The notes under the pieces: generated by a model
The model's input: the letters and a program-made list of their open reading frames with translations, nothing else
Database searches by the model: none
Told to the model about the DNA's origin: nothing
Shown here: piece by piece, positions 63,582 through 64,000 of the stretch
Layout: each line of letters opens with the position of its first letter
How positions within the stretch are numbered: position 1 is the stretch's first letter
Position numbers and translations under genes: made by a program
From: Protoeuglena noctilucae
Taxonomy: Eukaryota
DNA length: 64,000 nucleotides
Direction of reading: 5' to 3'
NCBI GenBank assembly: GCA_958009085.1
Contig: OY253681.1
Span: 434,001-498,000 of the forward strand

Positions 63582-64000
63582 ATGTCGTCCTCCGAGGACT
63601 CGATGTCCGTCACGGCAAGTTGCGCCGAGCCGCCGGCCCTGGCATCCCGCGCACTGCGCATTCCCGGCCAGTGTGAACGGCTGAATGTTAAGAGCTCAAA
63701 GATACGACAGTAGGCCTTGCGATGGAGCACATTCAAATACAAGAGGAGTGTTAAACCGGCCTTCTCTATTTCTGCTGCCACTGCAGGACGTGGGGGGCGA
63801 GGGCGCGCAGGACGAGGCCTGGAGCGACTGGGAAGAAGAGCAGGGAAACGAGAAGACGCGATCGTTGTTCTCGGGTGCGCTCCCCGGGGGCGTTTCTGCT
63901 GGCCAAACGCTGCTGCGTGTCGCGTTCGACACACAGCTGCGGCCCCACGTTCGCTCCATGCAGATGTGGTGCTGGACTCTGCGGAGGCCGCGATGTCGCA
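63582..64000 (+). CDS. 5' part of a probable PRMT3-like protein arginine methyltransferase (truncated by the window edge)
   Basis: Exons 63582-63614, 63787-~63874 and 63964-end give MSSSEDSMSVT/DVGGEGAQDEAWSDWEEE..TRSLFS/DVVLDSAEAAMS. This resembles the acidic W.DW..LF start of the PRMT3 N-terminal zinc-finger region. Confidence 0.45.

Noticed and set aside
63290..63934. 214-aa minus-strand ORF upstream of RRP4
   Set aside because: It has no motifs and overlaps the better-supported plus-strand PRMT3-like exons and the divergent promoter region.

Overview
This is a eukaryotic, GC-rich, intron-dense nuclear window, most likely from a flagellated green alga (inferred from a PsbP-domain lumen protein, SLP2, a Deg protease and BBS8). 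I reconstructed 18 spliced protein-coding genes by hand: PRP8, a PsbP-domain protein, a giant coiled-coil protein, a CDPK/CaMK-like kinase, SLP2, PEX1, a Deg9-like protease, a phytocyanin-LEA fusion, a CDP-alcohol phosphatidyltransferase, a CEP164-like-WW/kinesin-14 fusion, BBS8, a TRF2/HOY1-PH-like protein, an AEC-like membrane protein with MORN repeats, an AKAP7-like 2H phosphoesterase, PIG-S-like, moonraker-like, RRP4 and the start of a PRMT3-like gene. Genes are tightly packed, often 60-600 bp apart. I saw no rRNA, tRNA, CRISPR array or clear transposon. The strongest window-wide signal is about 21 introns that need a GC rather than GT donor to keep conserved reading frames, out of roughly 120 by rough manual count, next to a PRP8 gene that itself carries such introns. 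Other highlights are degenerate copies of an exon end plus donor site inside a PRP8 intron, an intron almost exactly at the fungal PRP8 intein site, and several unusual domain fusions. All family assignments come from recognising motifs, not from database searches.
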